Source of the DNA: an uncultured bacterium
Lineage (GTDB): Bacteria; Verrucomicrobiota; Lentisphaeria; Victivallales; UBA1829
NCBI GenBank assembly: GCA_949297765.1
Contig: CASFTV010000007.1
Location: 47,260 to 111,259 of the forward strand
Direction: 5' to 3'
Length of the DNA stretch: 64,000 bases
The notes under the pieces were generated by a model. That model did no database searches, was not told where the DNA came from, and saw nothing but the letters and a program-made list of their open reading frames with translations. The translations under genes were made by a program, and so were the position numbers. Position 1 is the first letter of the stretch. Every line of letters starts with the position of its first letter. This document shows, piece after piece, positions 26,700 to 36,483 of the stretch.

Positions 26700-28280
26700 A
26701 TGAAAATGATCCGAACAGTATTGCTTTCTCTGTTTCTGGCAGGAATTGCGGGAGGCGCGGAGAAGGAGTTGAAACCGTTTCTTGCCGGAGACAGTCTGAA
26801 GAACTGGACCCTCACGGAATACAGTCGATGGATCTCGCTTCCGGACGGAGAGACCGGCCTTGAGATCCGGATTCCGCAGGATGCAACGCTCCGGAACATC
26901 ACCTACGGAGCGTACCGGAATCTGGATCTGCGCGCTTACCGGGGAAAACAGATTGTGATTTCCGCCACTGTCAGCGCCCGGGATATTCCCGTGCGAAAGG
27001 AGGGATTCCGGTGTGTCAAGATCATGATCTATCATCAGGGGGAAACGGGAAAACGTTATGAATCCAGCTCCTTCCGTCTGTGGGGAACGCTGGAAAACAC
27101 CCGTCTGGAGCTTGCGTTTTCCGTTCCGAAGGATGTCGGGAAAAACATGCTGATGGTGGGAATCCAGAACAACAGCGGACTCCTTCTGTTCCGCGATCTG
27201 AAACTGGAGGAGAGGGATTTTTATCCGGCGCCGGTTCCTCTTCCGGAAAATTTCCGCTGCGAGTATTCCGAAGCGGTCCGGAATGCACCGCGTCTGCGCG
27301 GAGCCGGGCTGCTTTCGAAATCCACTCGCGAGGATGCGGAATCGCTGGCGCAGAACGGGGCGAATCTTGCGCGCTGGTGGATCCGCTACGACAGCAGCGA
27401 TGCTTCGCTGGCCAGTCTGAACAGGACCCTGGACCGGCTGGAAGCCTTTCTGCCGGAGTATGAAAAACTGAATCTGAAGGTCATTCCGGTTCTTCAGGAC
27501 GTTCCGGGCAGCCGATTTGCAACACCGCTTCTCCTCGGGATTGATCCGGCATCCGAGAAGGCGAAGAACGAAAGCAACTTCCGTCTGTTTTTCGATCGGA
27601 AGCATCTGGAGACTTATGTACGGATCTGGGAAACGATCGCGCGCCGGTTCAAGGATTCGCCTGTCGTTTACGGATACAGCGTGATGAATGAGCCTTCGCA
27701 GTTCGGGCAGGTTCCGTTCAATTATCTGTACTGTCAGTATCTTGCCGCGAAGGCGATCCGAGGAATTGATCCGGAAAAACCGGTTTTCATCGCCGCGAAC
27801 AGCTGGGACAAAGCGGAAGCATTTGCCTATCTGAAACCGCTGCCGCTCAAAAACATCATCTATGAAGTTCACATGTACACGCCCCACTCCTATACGCATC
27901 AGGGGGTCGGCGATTCGATTGAGAACATCCGGCGAGGAAAATTTCAGTCCTATCCCGGAAAGATCGGTGATACGGTCTACAATCGCTCTGTTCTCCGGAA
28001 GAGCCTTCAGCCGGTCGTGGATTTCCAGAAAAAATATGGAGCGAAAATCTACTGCGGGGAATTTTCCGTGATTCGCTGGGCGCCGGGCGGAGCGCAGTAT
28101 CTGGAGGATCTCTGCTCCATTTTTGAAGAACTCGGCTGGGACTGGGCGTACCACTGTCACCGGGAGTGGATCAACTGGAGCTTTGAGCATCCGGACACCT
28201 TCGGCGACGACAAGCCGGCAAAGGAACCGACCGGCCGTCAGAAGGTCCTCCGCAAATACTGGGCGAAAAACAAGCGCTGA
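26700..28280 (+). CDS. Secreted glycoside hydrolase family 5-like enzyme with N-terminal CBM-like domain
   Basis: ATG at 26700 after an AAGGAG SD (MKMIRTVLLSLFLAGIAGGAEKE signal). VMNEPSQ (acid/base) and IYCGEFSVIRW (nucleophile) motifs. Confidence 0.85.
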   Translation: MKMIRTVLLSLFLAGIAGGAEKELKPFLAGDSLKNWTLTEYSRWISLPDGETGLEIRIPQDATLRNITYGAYRNLDLRAYRGKQIVISATVSARDIPVRKEGFRCVKIMIYHQGETGKRYESSSFRLWGTLENTRLELAFSVPKDVGKNMLMVGIQNNSGLLLFRDLKLEERDFYPAPVPLPENFRCEYSEAVRNAPRLRGAGLLSKSTREDAESLAQNGANLARWWIRYDSSDASLASLNRTLDRLEAFLPEYEKLNLKVIPVLQDVPGSRFATPLLLGIDPASEKAKNESNFRLFFDRKHLETYVRIWETIARRFKDSPVVYGYSVMNEPSQFGQVPFNYLYCQYLAAKAIRGIDPEKPVFIAANSWDKAEAFAYLKPLPLKNIIYEVHMYTPHSYTHQGVGDSIENIRRGKFQSYPGKIGDTVYNRSVLRKSLQPVVDFQKKYGAKIYCGEFSVIRWAPGGAQYLEDLCSIFEELGWDWAYHCHREWINWSFEHPDTFGDDKPAKEPTGRQKVLRKYWAKNKR

Positions 28281-28302
28281 CGACACAGAAAGGAGCAACG
28301 CG

Positions 28303-29355
28303 ATGACAGAGATTGTTCCAGAATATCTGCGTGTGCGAAAATATCTCTATGATCTTGTTTACCGGAACGACGGCAGGGATCTGCGGATTCCGCCGGAAAA
28401 CGAGCTGGCGCGTCTTTTCGGCGTGAGCCGGGTCACGGTCCGGAGCGCGATCCGCGGACTGGTGGATGACAGCATTCTTGTTTCGCGCCGGGGACTCGGA
28501 ACCTTCATCAATCCGGATGCGATCCGGAAAGACTGCCGGAGACTTCCGGTCATCGGCATTCTTTTCGGCGACGGACGCCAGACGTATCTCCCAACGGACC
28601 AGCAGATTTCCGCCGCCGTTCAGAACTCCGGCATGCTGGCGGAAGCGCTCCACACCCCCGACTCCGGCGCTCCGGAGCGGCTGGTCGAAATCATCCGCGA
28701 CAACATTGCCGCCGTGATCTGGCAGCTGCCGTCCCGAAAGATGGAACCCTTTTTCCGTGCCATCCGGGCCGCCGGGAAACCTCTGCTGATTTACGGAAAC
28801 GGTTTTGAAAACGAATTTGACACCATCCGGAACGCCTGTGCGGAGCGCGGCATTCTTCTGGCGGAACATCTAGCCCGGATGGGGCATCGGCATCTTCTTT
28901 ACATCCACAATGCCCTCTCTTCCGAGATCGACCGGCCCGAATCGCCGGAAACGACCTCCGGAAGTTTCGCCCGCCGGATCCGCAAGCTCACAGGAGCGAA
29001 ATTTGACGGATTCCTTTCTCTGAACGAACTGGACGAACGTCTCTCCCGGCGGGGGCTCGGGAAGTATACGGTTCTTTATTCCTCCGCGACACTTGTCCGC
29101 CCGATTCTGGAAATTCTGGAACGGGAACACATCCGCATCCCGGAGGATCTTTCCTGTATCACGGCCTGGAAACCGCTCTCCTTTTTCTTTCAGGGGCGCT
29201 CTTCCGCGTATCTGGACTGTGACTGCAATCTTCCTGAACTCGTTGCGGAATGGATCCAGCGAAAAGTTCTCAACGGGGAAAAGGAGATTTTTCTGCGGAC
29301 TCCGGAATCCATTCTCCACGAAGGCGAAACCTTGATTCCGAATACGAAACCTTGA
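28303..29355 (+). CDS. GntR-type HTH regulator fused to a PBP1 (LacI-like) sugar-binding domain
   Basis: Trimmed to the ATG at 28303 ([19 protein letters not shown]). HTH is [31 protein letters not shown]. Confidence 0.85.
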   Translation: MTEIVPEYLRVRKYLYDLVYRNDGRDLRIPPENELARLFGVSRVTVRSAIRGLVDDSILVSRRGLGTFINPDAIRKDCRRLPVIGILFGDGRQTYLPTDQQISAAVQNSGMLAEALHTPDSGAPERLVEIIRDNIAAVIWQLPSRKMEPFFRAIRAAGKPLLIYGNGFENEFDTIRNACAERGILLAEHLARMGHRHLLYIHNALSSEIDRPESPETTSGSFARRIRKLTGAKFDGFLSLNELDERLSRRGLGKYTVLYSSATLVRPILEILEREHIRIPEDLSCITAWKPLSFFFQGRSSAYLDCDCNLPELVAEWIQRKVLNGEKEIFLRTPESILHEGETLIPNTKP

Positions 29356-29364
29356 TTCCGAATA
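29325..29364 (+). repeat. Perfect tandem duplication, 2 x 20 bp CGAAACCTTGATTCCGAATA
   Basis: Read directly. Spans the last codons and the stop of the GntR gene. The stop TGA (29353-29355) lies in copy 2. Confidence 0.95.
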
Positions 29365-29383
29365 CATGAAAAGGAGAACATTT

Positions 29384-30148
29384 ATGAAACGGATATTTTC
29401 ATTGATCGAGCTTTTAGTTGTTGTTGCAGTAATCTCAATTCTTATTTCTCTTCTTATTCCGGCCTTGAACGGGGCAAGAGGGAAAGCGTACGAACTGAGC
29501 TGCAAATCCAATTTGAAGATGATCGGGACGGCATCCGCGTCCTACAGCGCCGACAACAACGACTGGATCGTCTATGTCTACGATTCCGCATGGATGGCGA
29601 ACTGGCGCGTCGAGGATTACTGGACAGGGAAACTGCGTCCCTACGGGCTCCGGCACGGGAAGGACCTGACGGAATGCAGGAATCCAGAAATTACCTCCTC
29701 GTTCCGCTGTCCCGGATATTCGGACTGGCGGACAGCAGAAGATCCCGCGACAGCCGGCTACTTTCTTTCCACCTCTTCCCAATATTCTCTCAGCCCCTAT
29801 CTCTGCGGGCGGCACACCAGCGCGCTCAATCAGAGTTATGCGCATAAGAATACGGATTTGCAAACACCAAGTCAGGCACTCTTCGCAGGAGAGAGTCTTC
29901 TTTCTCTTGATTCCCTGCAGGGAACGTATTCGTTGTATTACAGGCATGGCGGCGGAGATCCCCGTCCGAAGACTTCCGATACGGTGTATAATGATTATCT
30001 CTCGTTTATTCCCGGAAAGGCCAATGTCGTTTATGCGGACGGTCATGTTGCAGTTCGCACATACCGTCTGGATGAAAACCGCTGGCTGCCGCTGACCAAG
30101 AACGGGTTTTACGGAAATTCCAACACCAGCCGGGGATCCAGGCTGTAA
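29384..30148 (+). CDS. Prepilin-type N-terminal domain protein, DUF1559/H-X9-DG-like pseudopilin
   Basis: ATG at 29384 after an [57 protein letters not shown]-terminal RHGGG...[13 protein letters not shown], where the H..DG spacing is expanded to about 30 residues. Confidence 0.85.
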   Translation: MKRIFSLIELLVVVAVISILISLLIPALNGARGKAYELSCKSNLKMIGTASASYSADNNDWIVYVYDSAWMANWRVEDYWTGKLRPYGLRHGKDLTECRNPEITSSFRCPGYSDWRTAEDPATAGYFLSTSSQYSLSPYLCGRHTSALNQSYAHKNTDLQTPSQALFAGESLLSLDSLQGTYSLYYRHGGGDPRPKTSDTVYNDYLSFIPGKANVVYADGHVAVRTYRLDENRWLPLTKNGFYGNSNTSRGSRL

Positions 30149-30172
30149 GGGAATGGGGGGTGGAAGACGGGG

Positions 30173-30275
30173 TGGGGAGTTTCGCCCTTCGGGCGACCAG
30201 CGTATTCCGCTGGACCGAAGCAGGTCAAAGACCTGCACCGAGCCTGCGGCTCCTGCCCTGCGGGCGGTTTTTTTT
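30173..30275 (+). repeat. Multi-hairpin repeat element, copy B; 3' hairpin plus T8 acts as terminator of the pilin gene
   Basis: GAGTTTCG-[CGCCC TTC GGGCG]-A-[CCAGCG TATTC CGCTGG]-ACCGAA-[GCAGGTC AAA GACCTGC]-ACC-[GAGCC TGC GGCTC]-CT-[GCCC TGC GGGC]-GG-T8. Confidence 0.7.
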
Positions 30276-30386
30276 AGTTTTTTGTATATGTTTTTAGTTA
30301 TTGGAATGTTTTTTTCGGAGAGAAGAGAGTTTTTTCTGTCGGGTCGGGTATAGTATGGGAGAACCATCCAACGGAAAGGATTGAAA

Positions 30387-31277
30387 ATGAAAGAATTTCA
30401 GGTGAAAGACCATGCGGAGAGTTTTCTGCCGGAAGACAAAAACTGGAAACTGGTCTGGAGTGATGAATTCGACGGCACGGAACTGGATCGCAGCAAATGG
30501 GGATTTCGTCTTAATTTCTGGGGAAAACGTTTTCCCGCCTTCACGGACGAGGGAGTTGTGCTGGACGGGAAAAGTCATCTCCAGCTGCATCTTCTGAAGA
30601 AGGACGGGATTTTCTGTTCCCCGCATCTTCAGACGGGTTCTCTGACGTATGATATTCCGAAGGATTCTAATGGATTCTGGCCGTTCGGGAAATATGAAGA
30701 ACCGAAATTCATGCACAAATTCGGCTATTATGAGATTCGCTGCCGTCTTCCGAAATGCGATGGATGGCATTCGGCGTTCTGGCTCCAGTCCCCTTCCGTG
30801 GGTGCGCATCCGGATCCGAGACGTGCCGGAGTCGAATGCGACATCATGGAAAACTACCGGCAGTACAAGGACGGCAAACTCATCGGCGGCAATCTCTGGG
30901 GAGGCTACGGCAAAAACTACAAAGGTTCCGGCCATTTCTCCTGGGACTGGCAGGAAACGGAAGACGGATGGCACTACTACGGCGTTGACTGGAGTCCCGA
31001 CGGCTACCGCTTCTATGCAGACAGAAAACTCATTGGTGTCGTTCTTCCTCCGGAGAAGGCCCATCTGAAGCAAATCGTCAAAGAAAAAGAAGGGTCCAGC
31101 TTCCTGCGGGAAGGCAGCATCAGTGTCGGCCCGGTCTCGGAAACAGAACAATTCATTCTGATCTCCACAGAATGCCATGGCTACCGGGAAACAGGAACCT
31201 ATACACCTCTCCTGGACCAGGCGGTCCTCCCCGATTACTTTGAAATTGACCACGTCCGCGTGTTCGACAAAGTCTGA
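30387..31277 (+). CDS. GH16-like (ConA-like lectin/glucanase fold) glycoside hydrolase, paralog A, no signal peptide
   Basis: ATG at 30387; the track start at 30381 is TTG. LVWSDEFDG, YGYYEIRCRLP and the catalytic-type motif GVECDIME (ExDxxE). Confidence 0.8.
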   Translation: MKEFQVKDHAESFLPEDKNWKLVWSDEFDGTELDRSKWGFRLNFWGKRFPAFTDEGVVLDGKSHLQLHLLKKDGIFCSPHLQTGSLTYDIPKDSNGFWPFGKYEEPKFMHKFGYYEIRCRLPKCDGWHSAFWLQSPSVGAHPDPRRAGVECDIMENYRQYKDGKLIGGNLWGGYGKNYKGSGHFSWDWQETEDGWHYYGVDWSPDGYRFYADRKLIGVVLPPEKAHLKQIVKEKEGSSFLREGSISVGPVSETEQFILISTECHGYRETGTYTPLLDQAVLPDYFEIDHVRVFDKV

Positions 31278-31281
31278 TCCC

Positions 31282-31373
31282 CTCGCCCGAAGGGCAGGAG
31301 CCGAAGGCTCGGTGCAGGTCTCCGACCTGCTTCGGTCCAGCGGAATACGCCGGTCGCCCGAAGGGCGAATCCA
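31282..31373 (-). repeat. Multi-hairpin repeat element, copy C (inverted relative to copy B)
   Basis: The reverse complement aligns to copy B with about 5 differences. All lie in loops, except one that makes a G.U pair (CCGGCG/CGCTGG) on the minus-strand reading. Confidence 0.7.
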
Positions 31374-31375
31374 TC

Positions 31376-31421
31376 ACAAACAAAACGCGCTTCCCGGAAG
31401 CCTCCATTCTCCCGGGAAGCG
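31376..31421 (-). terminator. Rho-independent terminator after the 1023-aa GH gene
   Basis: On the minus strand: a CGCTTCCCGG ... CCGGGAAGCG 10-bp stem followed by CGTTTTGTTTG. Confidence 0.6.
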
Positions 31422-31432
31422 AGCTTTCACAT

Positions 31433-34400
31433 TCATTCCAGGACCAGTTCAAAGAAAGGAGTCGGACCATATCGAAGTGCAGCGGTATCCAGATGAACCC
31501 GCACGCCGTCCGGCGAGGACGTAAGCGCAACTTCCTCCCGGCGACTGCCGTTGATTCCAAGCGCATGGAGTTTCCAACTTCCGTGACGGCGAATGCTCAG
31601 TTCCAGAATCCCGGTCCGGGCAAGAGCCGGAGCGGATCCGATGGAGAAAAGAGTTGCGCGATTTGCTGCAAGACACATTCCGCTGTTTGCCTCTTCCGTC
31701 AGGAACAGAATCACGATTCTGCGGCTTTGGGAAAGCGGCATTCCATCAACGGAACAAAGAGCAATGCAGCCGTTTACGGAGTTCCGTCTCACGGCAAACG
31801 TTTTCAAATCCGCCACCCCTCCCGCCGTCATGCACACAGCCTCTGAGCGGGGAGTAATGATGCTCATCCGCTTTTCTCCGGCACGGAGAATCAATTCCAG
31901 CGTATCACTCTGGAAAATTCCCTTTTCCGGATCGGAAATATTTTGTGGAGAAAGGATTCCTTTTCTTTTCATTTCCTTCACTATGCGTGAGAGGGAAAAG
32001 ATTCCGCTGCCGGATTCCGCAAACTGGGAAAACCAGTCCTGCGCCTGAATTTCAGAGCTTCCGGAGATCGGGATCATCAGATCGGTCCTTGGATGCGCCG
32101 ACGTTCCCTGAGCGGCGGGTCTCTCCGGGAAGACAAGTCCATAGCCGGCAAGAAGACCGAGACTGGCCTGAGAGGCGGAAACCGCTTTCTCCGCATGGGA
32201 ACCTCGCTTCAGAAATTCGTTCGGCACCATCACAGAGAGCAGATGCGGAGAGGGCTTCACATCGCCTCGCTGAAACAGACACGCCATCAGGAACTGCGAA
32301 GCGCGCAGCAGCGGGGAATTTCCGACTCCGAAGCAGGAGATCTTTTCCATTTTCGTCTCGTTGAGCAGAACCGGAAGCGCATGAACTTCCAGAGCACCAT
32401 ATCCCTGAAGAGCGGAATAACCGCCGAATACCATTCCGGATTCATAGCGGAAGGGGTTCCAGAAACAGTGATTGTATTCTCCGACCAGGAAGGGGCGACC
32501 AGCCAGTTTCGTTGAATTTGCCTCCTTCCAGTATCCGGTTTTCTCTTCGATGGAGCTGCTTGCCCCGACAATGGACCCCCTCTGCATCCAGTGCGTGGGA
32601 TGGTTGAAATAGGCGTGGCCGTCGACGACCTGGGAGCATGTCCATCGGGCGGCGGAGTGACCAAGATTTTTGGATGCGCTGTAATTGCTGACCAGTCCAC
32701 GGTAACCGGTCTTCCGAATGATCTCTTCGCACCGCTTTGCAACAGCTTCCGCGCGATCCATCCAGAAGAGGGCGAAATCATTGGCGCCCCTGTCATCATC
32801 CGTTCCGGCAGTCAAAGGGATTTCCGCATCGGGCATGGATTTCCCATATTTTTTTGCGAGCCACGCGCGCCAGAACGTCAACAGCCGTTCGCGGACTTCC
32901 GAATCGGTCCGCAGCAGATTCTGCATCTGCCCCTTCAGGAGTCCCATAGCCTGTTCGTTATAATATTCGACCCAGGCGATCGCAGGCTCATCCTTCCAGG
33001 CCAGACCGGTATAGGGATTCACATGGTTGAAGAGCGTATTGACCGCATAGCGGAAATGGTTCATCTCCCATTCGCCTTCGAGATACATCATCAGCTTATG
33101 CCGGTTTCGGTCCTTGTAGACGTCGATTCCCGATTTCTGATACAGATGGAAGGAAAAGATCACCAGATGAAGATAGATCCCCTCCTTTTTCAGTTCGGAA
33201 ACCAGATAATCCCAACGATCCAGATAACGGGGATTGATAGACATATCTTCTTTCGAACCGTGACAGAGCCAGCGGTCCAGAAGTCCATGCACACGAAAGA
33301 GCCGATATCCCTGTCGTCGTGCAGCTCGGGCGAAACGTCCGGCCCGCTCCCGGAACAGAGCATCGGATTCCGATTCGAAAAGCCCTTTTGCTTCATTGAA
33401 CCCCAGCATCCGGACAGGCTGATCGGGAGTGTCTTCAAACACGAGTTTGCCCTCTTCCGATATGGTGAGGCGGCCCGATTTTCCGGCAGGCGCCTCCACC
33501 TGTCCGGAAAGATCCAGTGCGGAACCCGGCAGAATCTCCGGTGCCGTCATCTGATATTGTTTCCATCCATTTCTCCCATTCCGGAAAACGACGGGCTCGC
33601 GCGGAGCGCCGCAGCAGAATCCCCATCCACCCGATCCGGCCCGAACAACGGCGACCAGCAGATTTTCCCCTTTCTTCACCGGGAAATCCTCAAAGCAGTG
33701 ATCCGGAGAAAACGGCTTGGTACCCGTGGAGGAAAGAACCCGAACTCCGTTCAGATAGATGTCAAAGAACCAGTCTGCGGAAAATCCGATCCGCATCACC
33801 CCCTCTTTCCGGCTCTGGAAACGGTTGTAAAGGACCGCAACGGAGCGATCCGGCTGAAATTTCCAGGAATTATATTTTCGGAAATCAATCCCCTTGTCCG
33901 TCATGAGAACTCGGAGCGGACTTTTTCCATTCAGGCGTTCCGGAATCCGATCGAGCACCGAAGGACCTTTTACATCGCAGAAAATGGTCCATTCGGAGGA
34001 GAGGGCAAACGGAATTCCGGGAACCTCCTCCAGACGGATGGCGGAAAACGTGCTTTTCCCGGGAAGACGGCAGAAGTTGAACGTCATCAGTCCTGGGGCG
34101 CCATCGGTTGACCGGGCGACGAACTCCGTTTTCAGCGAATGCGTCCCGGCATCCAGCGTCCAGTTTTCCGCCAGACCGCAGGGATTGTACGGACTCTTCG
34201 CCTTTTGATAAACCGCGCGGAAGACCCCTTTTTCCCGGCATTCGATCCGGAATGAAAGCCGGTACCGCTTCCCTGGTTGGAGCATGACGGATTGACTCAG
34301 CAGGCCCCCTCCGCCATAGGGGGAAAGATCGCGGGGGACATTGGCTGCCAGAGATTTTCCAACTGCCTGAAACACGCGTGAGTTTCCCGACCATTCGGCG

Positions 34401-34504
34401 ATTCCACGCGAGAAATCGGTATTTTTCAGAAGATTTTCTTCCGTCCATCCTCTTCCGGCCAGCAGAAGCAAGACGAGGACTGGCAATAAACGGGATACAA
34501 TCAT
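31433..34504 (-). CDS. Secreted multidomain glycoside hydrolase (N-terminal CBM-like domain plus clan GH-A barrel), paralogous family to 9383..11968
   Basis: Trimmed to the ATG at 34504 (MIVSRLLPVLVLLLLAGRGWTEEN signal). WVEYYNEQ (acid/base NE) and FLVGEYNHC (candidate nucleophile). Shares GKSGRL, LKKEGIY and NPYT with the 9383 product. Confidence 0.75.
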   Translation of the reverse strand: MIVSRLLPVLVLLLLAGRGWTEENLLKNTDFSRGIAEWSGNSRVFQAVGKSLAANVPRDLSPYGGGGLLSQSVMLQPGKRYRLSFRIECREKGVFRAVYQKAKSPYNPCGLAENWTLDAGTHSLKTEFVARSTDGAPGLMTFNFCRLPGKSTFSAIRLEEVPGIPFALSSEWTIFCDVKGPSVLDRIPERLNGKSPLRVLMTDKGIDFRKYNSWKFQPDRSVAVLYNRFQSRKEGVMRIGFSADWFFDIYLNGVRVLSSTGTKPFSPDHCFEDFPVKKGENLLVAVVRAGSGGWGFCCGAPREPVVFRNGRNGWKQYQMTAPEILPGSALDLSGQVEAPAGKSGRLTISEEGKLVFEDTPDQPVRMLGFNEAKGLFESESDALFRERAGRFARAARRQGYRLFRVHGLLDRWLCHGSKEDMSINPRYLDRWDYLVSELKKEGIYLHLVIFSFHLYQKSGIDVYKDRNRHKLMMYLEGEWEMNHFRYAVNTLFNHVNPYTGLAWKDEPAIAWVEYYNEQAMGLLKGQMQNLLRTDSEVRERLLTFWRAWLAKKYGKSMPDAEIPLTAGTDDDRGANDFALFWMDRAEAVAKRCEEIIRKTGYRGLVSNYSASKNLGHSAARWTCSQVVDGHAYFNHPTHWMQRGSIVGASSSIEEKTGYWKEANSTKLAGRPFLVGEYNHCFWNPFRYESGMVFGGYSALQGYGALEVHALPVLLNETKMEKISCFGVGNSPLLRASQFLMACLFQRGDVKPSPHLLSVMVPNEFLKRGSHAEKAVSASQASLGLLAGYGLVFPERPAAQGTSAHPRTDLMIPISGSSEIQAQDWFSQFAESGSGIFSLSRIVKEMKRKGILSPQNISDPEKGIFQSDTLELILRAGEKRMSIITPRSEAVCMTAGGVADLKTFAVRRNSVNGCIALCSVDGMPLSQSRRIVILFLTEEANSGMCLAANRATLFSIGSAPALARTGILELSIRRHGSWKLHALGINGSRREEVALTSSPDGVRVHLDTAALRYGPTPFFELVLE

Positions 34505-34544
34505 GCAAGGATCCTTTCTTTTTCTATCGGTGTTTCGATTGAAT

Positions 34545-35321
34545 TCAGTAAATTTTGATTCCGTCCCGGCTGTATATCCCGTCGGTCCGGACGTTCGACC
34601 GGTCGACAAGATCACTGACATTCGCGGAACGGGCACTTCCGTCGAGCGTCAGGATATTGGCCCGTCCGGTATGCAGAAGAGCGATTTTCCCGTCTCCGGA
34701 AGCGATATAGTTCATCATATGCTTTCCTGCGCTTGAAGCCGATGCTGAAGAGCCGGCATAGATGCTGTCTGCCAGCAGAATGGTGAGTGAAGGCTGCTTC
34801 ACCGGAAGATAAGCCGCTCCGGATCTCCCGATCCGGCTGCGTTTCACCAGAGTTCTCGGGTTCCAGGCAGTGCTGAGATAAGAGTTCATCCCGTAGGTCT
34901 GGCGGCCGGCCGGATTGACATAGGCGCTCTCCGACGGCGTGTATGGAAAGGATGGGCAGTTGAACACTTTCATTTGTGCCGCCTTCCGGGTTTCTGACAC
35001 GCTGGAATCCTCAAACAGCGCCCGTTGTGATGGAACGGAATGGAGAAACAGGATGGTCGCATAGGTGTATCCCGAATACCAGTCCGTTCCGGAAGACATC
35101 TCGAAACCGTTTCCTTTTGGGGAATTCGGCGGCGGAATGAAATCATCGAAATCATTGGCATAATTTTCAAAGAACACGCCACACTGTTTCAAATGGGAAG
35201 TACAGTTGATCGCTTTTGCTTTTTCCCGGGATTTCCCCAGAGCCGGAAGCAGAAGAGCTATAAGGATCGCAAGGACTGCTATTACGATCAGCAATTCTAT
35301 AAGAGTAAAAATATTTCGCAT
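34545..35321 (-). CDS. Prepilin-type N-terminal domain protein with H-X9-DG motif (pseudopilin)
   Basis: Trimmed to the ATG at 35321. [49 protein letters not shown]-terminal [14 protein letters not shown] is H-X9-DG. Confidence 0.85.
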   Translation of the reverse strand: MRNIFTLIELLIVIAVLAILIALLLPALGKSREKAKAINCTSHLKQCGVFFENYANDFDDFIPPPNSPKGNGFEMSSGTDWYSGYTYATILFLHSVPSQRALFEDSSVSETRKAAQMKVFNCPSFPYTPSESAYVNPAGRQTYGMNSYLSTAWNPRTLVKRSRIGRSGAAYLPVKQPSLTILLADSIYAGSSASASSAGKHMMNYIASGDGKIALLHTGRANILTLDGSARSANVSDLVDRSNVRTDGIYSRDGIKIY

Positions 35322-35483
35322 GCTTCCGGAAAGAGTTGAAGGAACTCTGTTCTGTTTGCAGACGATCATTTTCTCCGCACTTATTCCGGAAATTTTTCGG
35401 ATTGGTAGCTTCATCATTTTTCCTTTCGTGAAGAGTTTTCCGTTGCAGATTCTTCCCATCCCTGTCAGAGAAGAGCGTTCTTC

Positions 35484-36383
35484 TCAGATTTCATCAAAAA
35501 CGCGGACATGATCCACTTCAAAGAAGTCCGGAAAATTCACGGTTTCCAGAAGGGGATCATGCTGTCCGTTTTCGCGATATCCATGACACTCCGTGGAGAC
35601 GAGTATAAACTGCTCGGCATCGGAGATCGGTCCGACGGCGACTCCTCCTTCCTTCAGCCAGCAGGGGTTGTCTTCCTGTTCCCGGACTGCGGTTTTCCGA
35701 TCGGCGTATTCCGGCGGGACGATGGTACCGACCAGTTTCCGATCGGCAAAGAAGCGGTAGCCGTCGGGACTCCAGTCAACGCCGTAGTAGTGCCATCCAT
35801 CTTCCGTTTCCTTCCAATCCCAGGAGAAATGTCCGGAGAAGGCATGGGATTTTCCATACCCGTTCCAATGATTTCCGGCGACAACTTTGCCATCACCGCA
35901 GATGCGGCAGCTTTCCATGATGTCGCATTCGACCCCGGCATGTCGCGGATCCGGATGCGCTCCGACGGAAGGCGACTGAAGCCAGAACGCGGCATGCCAT
36001 CCGCATCCGCCGGATTTCGGCAGACGGCAGCGGATCTCGTAATAGCCATATTTATGCATGAATCTCGGCTGTTCCAGCTCGCCGAAGGGCCAGAATCCGT
36101 CAGAGTCCTTCGGGAGATCGTATGTGAGAGAACCGGTCTGGAGATGCGGGGAGTAAAAATCGTTTCCCTTCCGGATCAGATGAAGACGCAGATGGCTGTT
36201 GCCATCAAGTTCAACGCCCTCCGTAGTGAATGTCGGGAAACGTTTCCCCCAGAAATTAAGACGAAATCCCCATTTGCTGCGATCCAGTTCCGTGCCGTCG
36301 AATTCATCACTCCAGACCAGTTTCCAGTTTTTGTCTTCCGGCAGATAACTCTCTGCATGATTTTCCAGTTTGAATAATTTCAT
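35484..36383 (-). CDS. GH16-like glycoside hydrolase, paralog B, no signal peptide
   Basis: Trimmed to the ATG at 36383 (MKLFKLENHAESYLPEDKNWKLVWSDEFDG). GVECDIME motif. About three quarters of residues are identical to paralog A by eye. Confidence 0.8.
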   Translation of the reverse strand: MKLFKLENHAESYLPEDKNWKLVWSDEFDGTELDRSKWGFRLNFWGKRFPTFTTEGVELDGNSHLRLHLIRKGNDFYSPHLQTGSLTYDLPKDSDGFWPFGELEQPRFMHKYGYYEIRCRLPKSGGCGWHAAFWLQSPSVGAHPDPRHAGVECDIMESCRICGDGKVVAGNHWNGYGKSHAFSGHFSWDWKETEDGWHYYGVDWSPDGYRFFADRKLVGTIVPPEYADRKTAVREQEDNPCWLKEGGVAVGPISDAEQFILVSTECHGYRENGQHDPLLETVNFPDFFEVDHVRVFDEI

Positions 36384-36483
36384 TGAATTCCTTTCTTTCG
36401 ATTTCTTTGATATCGACAGCATACATGGAAGTTCTCGATGCGCAGCGGCTTTCATCCGATCTCCCGATTCTGTGCCGAATTTC

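Noticed and set aside
26625-29364. Short tandem repeats (19-bp x2 and 20-bp x2), considered as a degenerate CRISPR or minisatellite array.
   Set aside because: Each has only two copies. Copy spacing is 4 nt and 0 nt, so there are no spacers, and there are no cas genes. They are reported only as tandem duplications.
30153-30353. 66-aa ORF (MGGGRRGGEFRPSGDQRIPLDRSRSK...) and the related peptide stretches in ORFs 29435..30367 and 31177..31524.
   Set aside because: The similarity between these peptides is a by-product of the nucleotide repeat (copies B and C) read in arbitrary frames. There is no SD, and differences between copies fall in hairpin loops rather than at synonymous sites.
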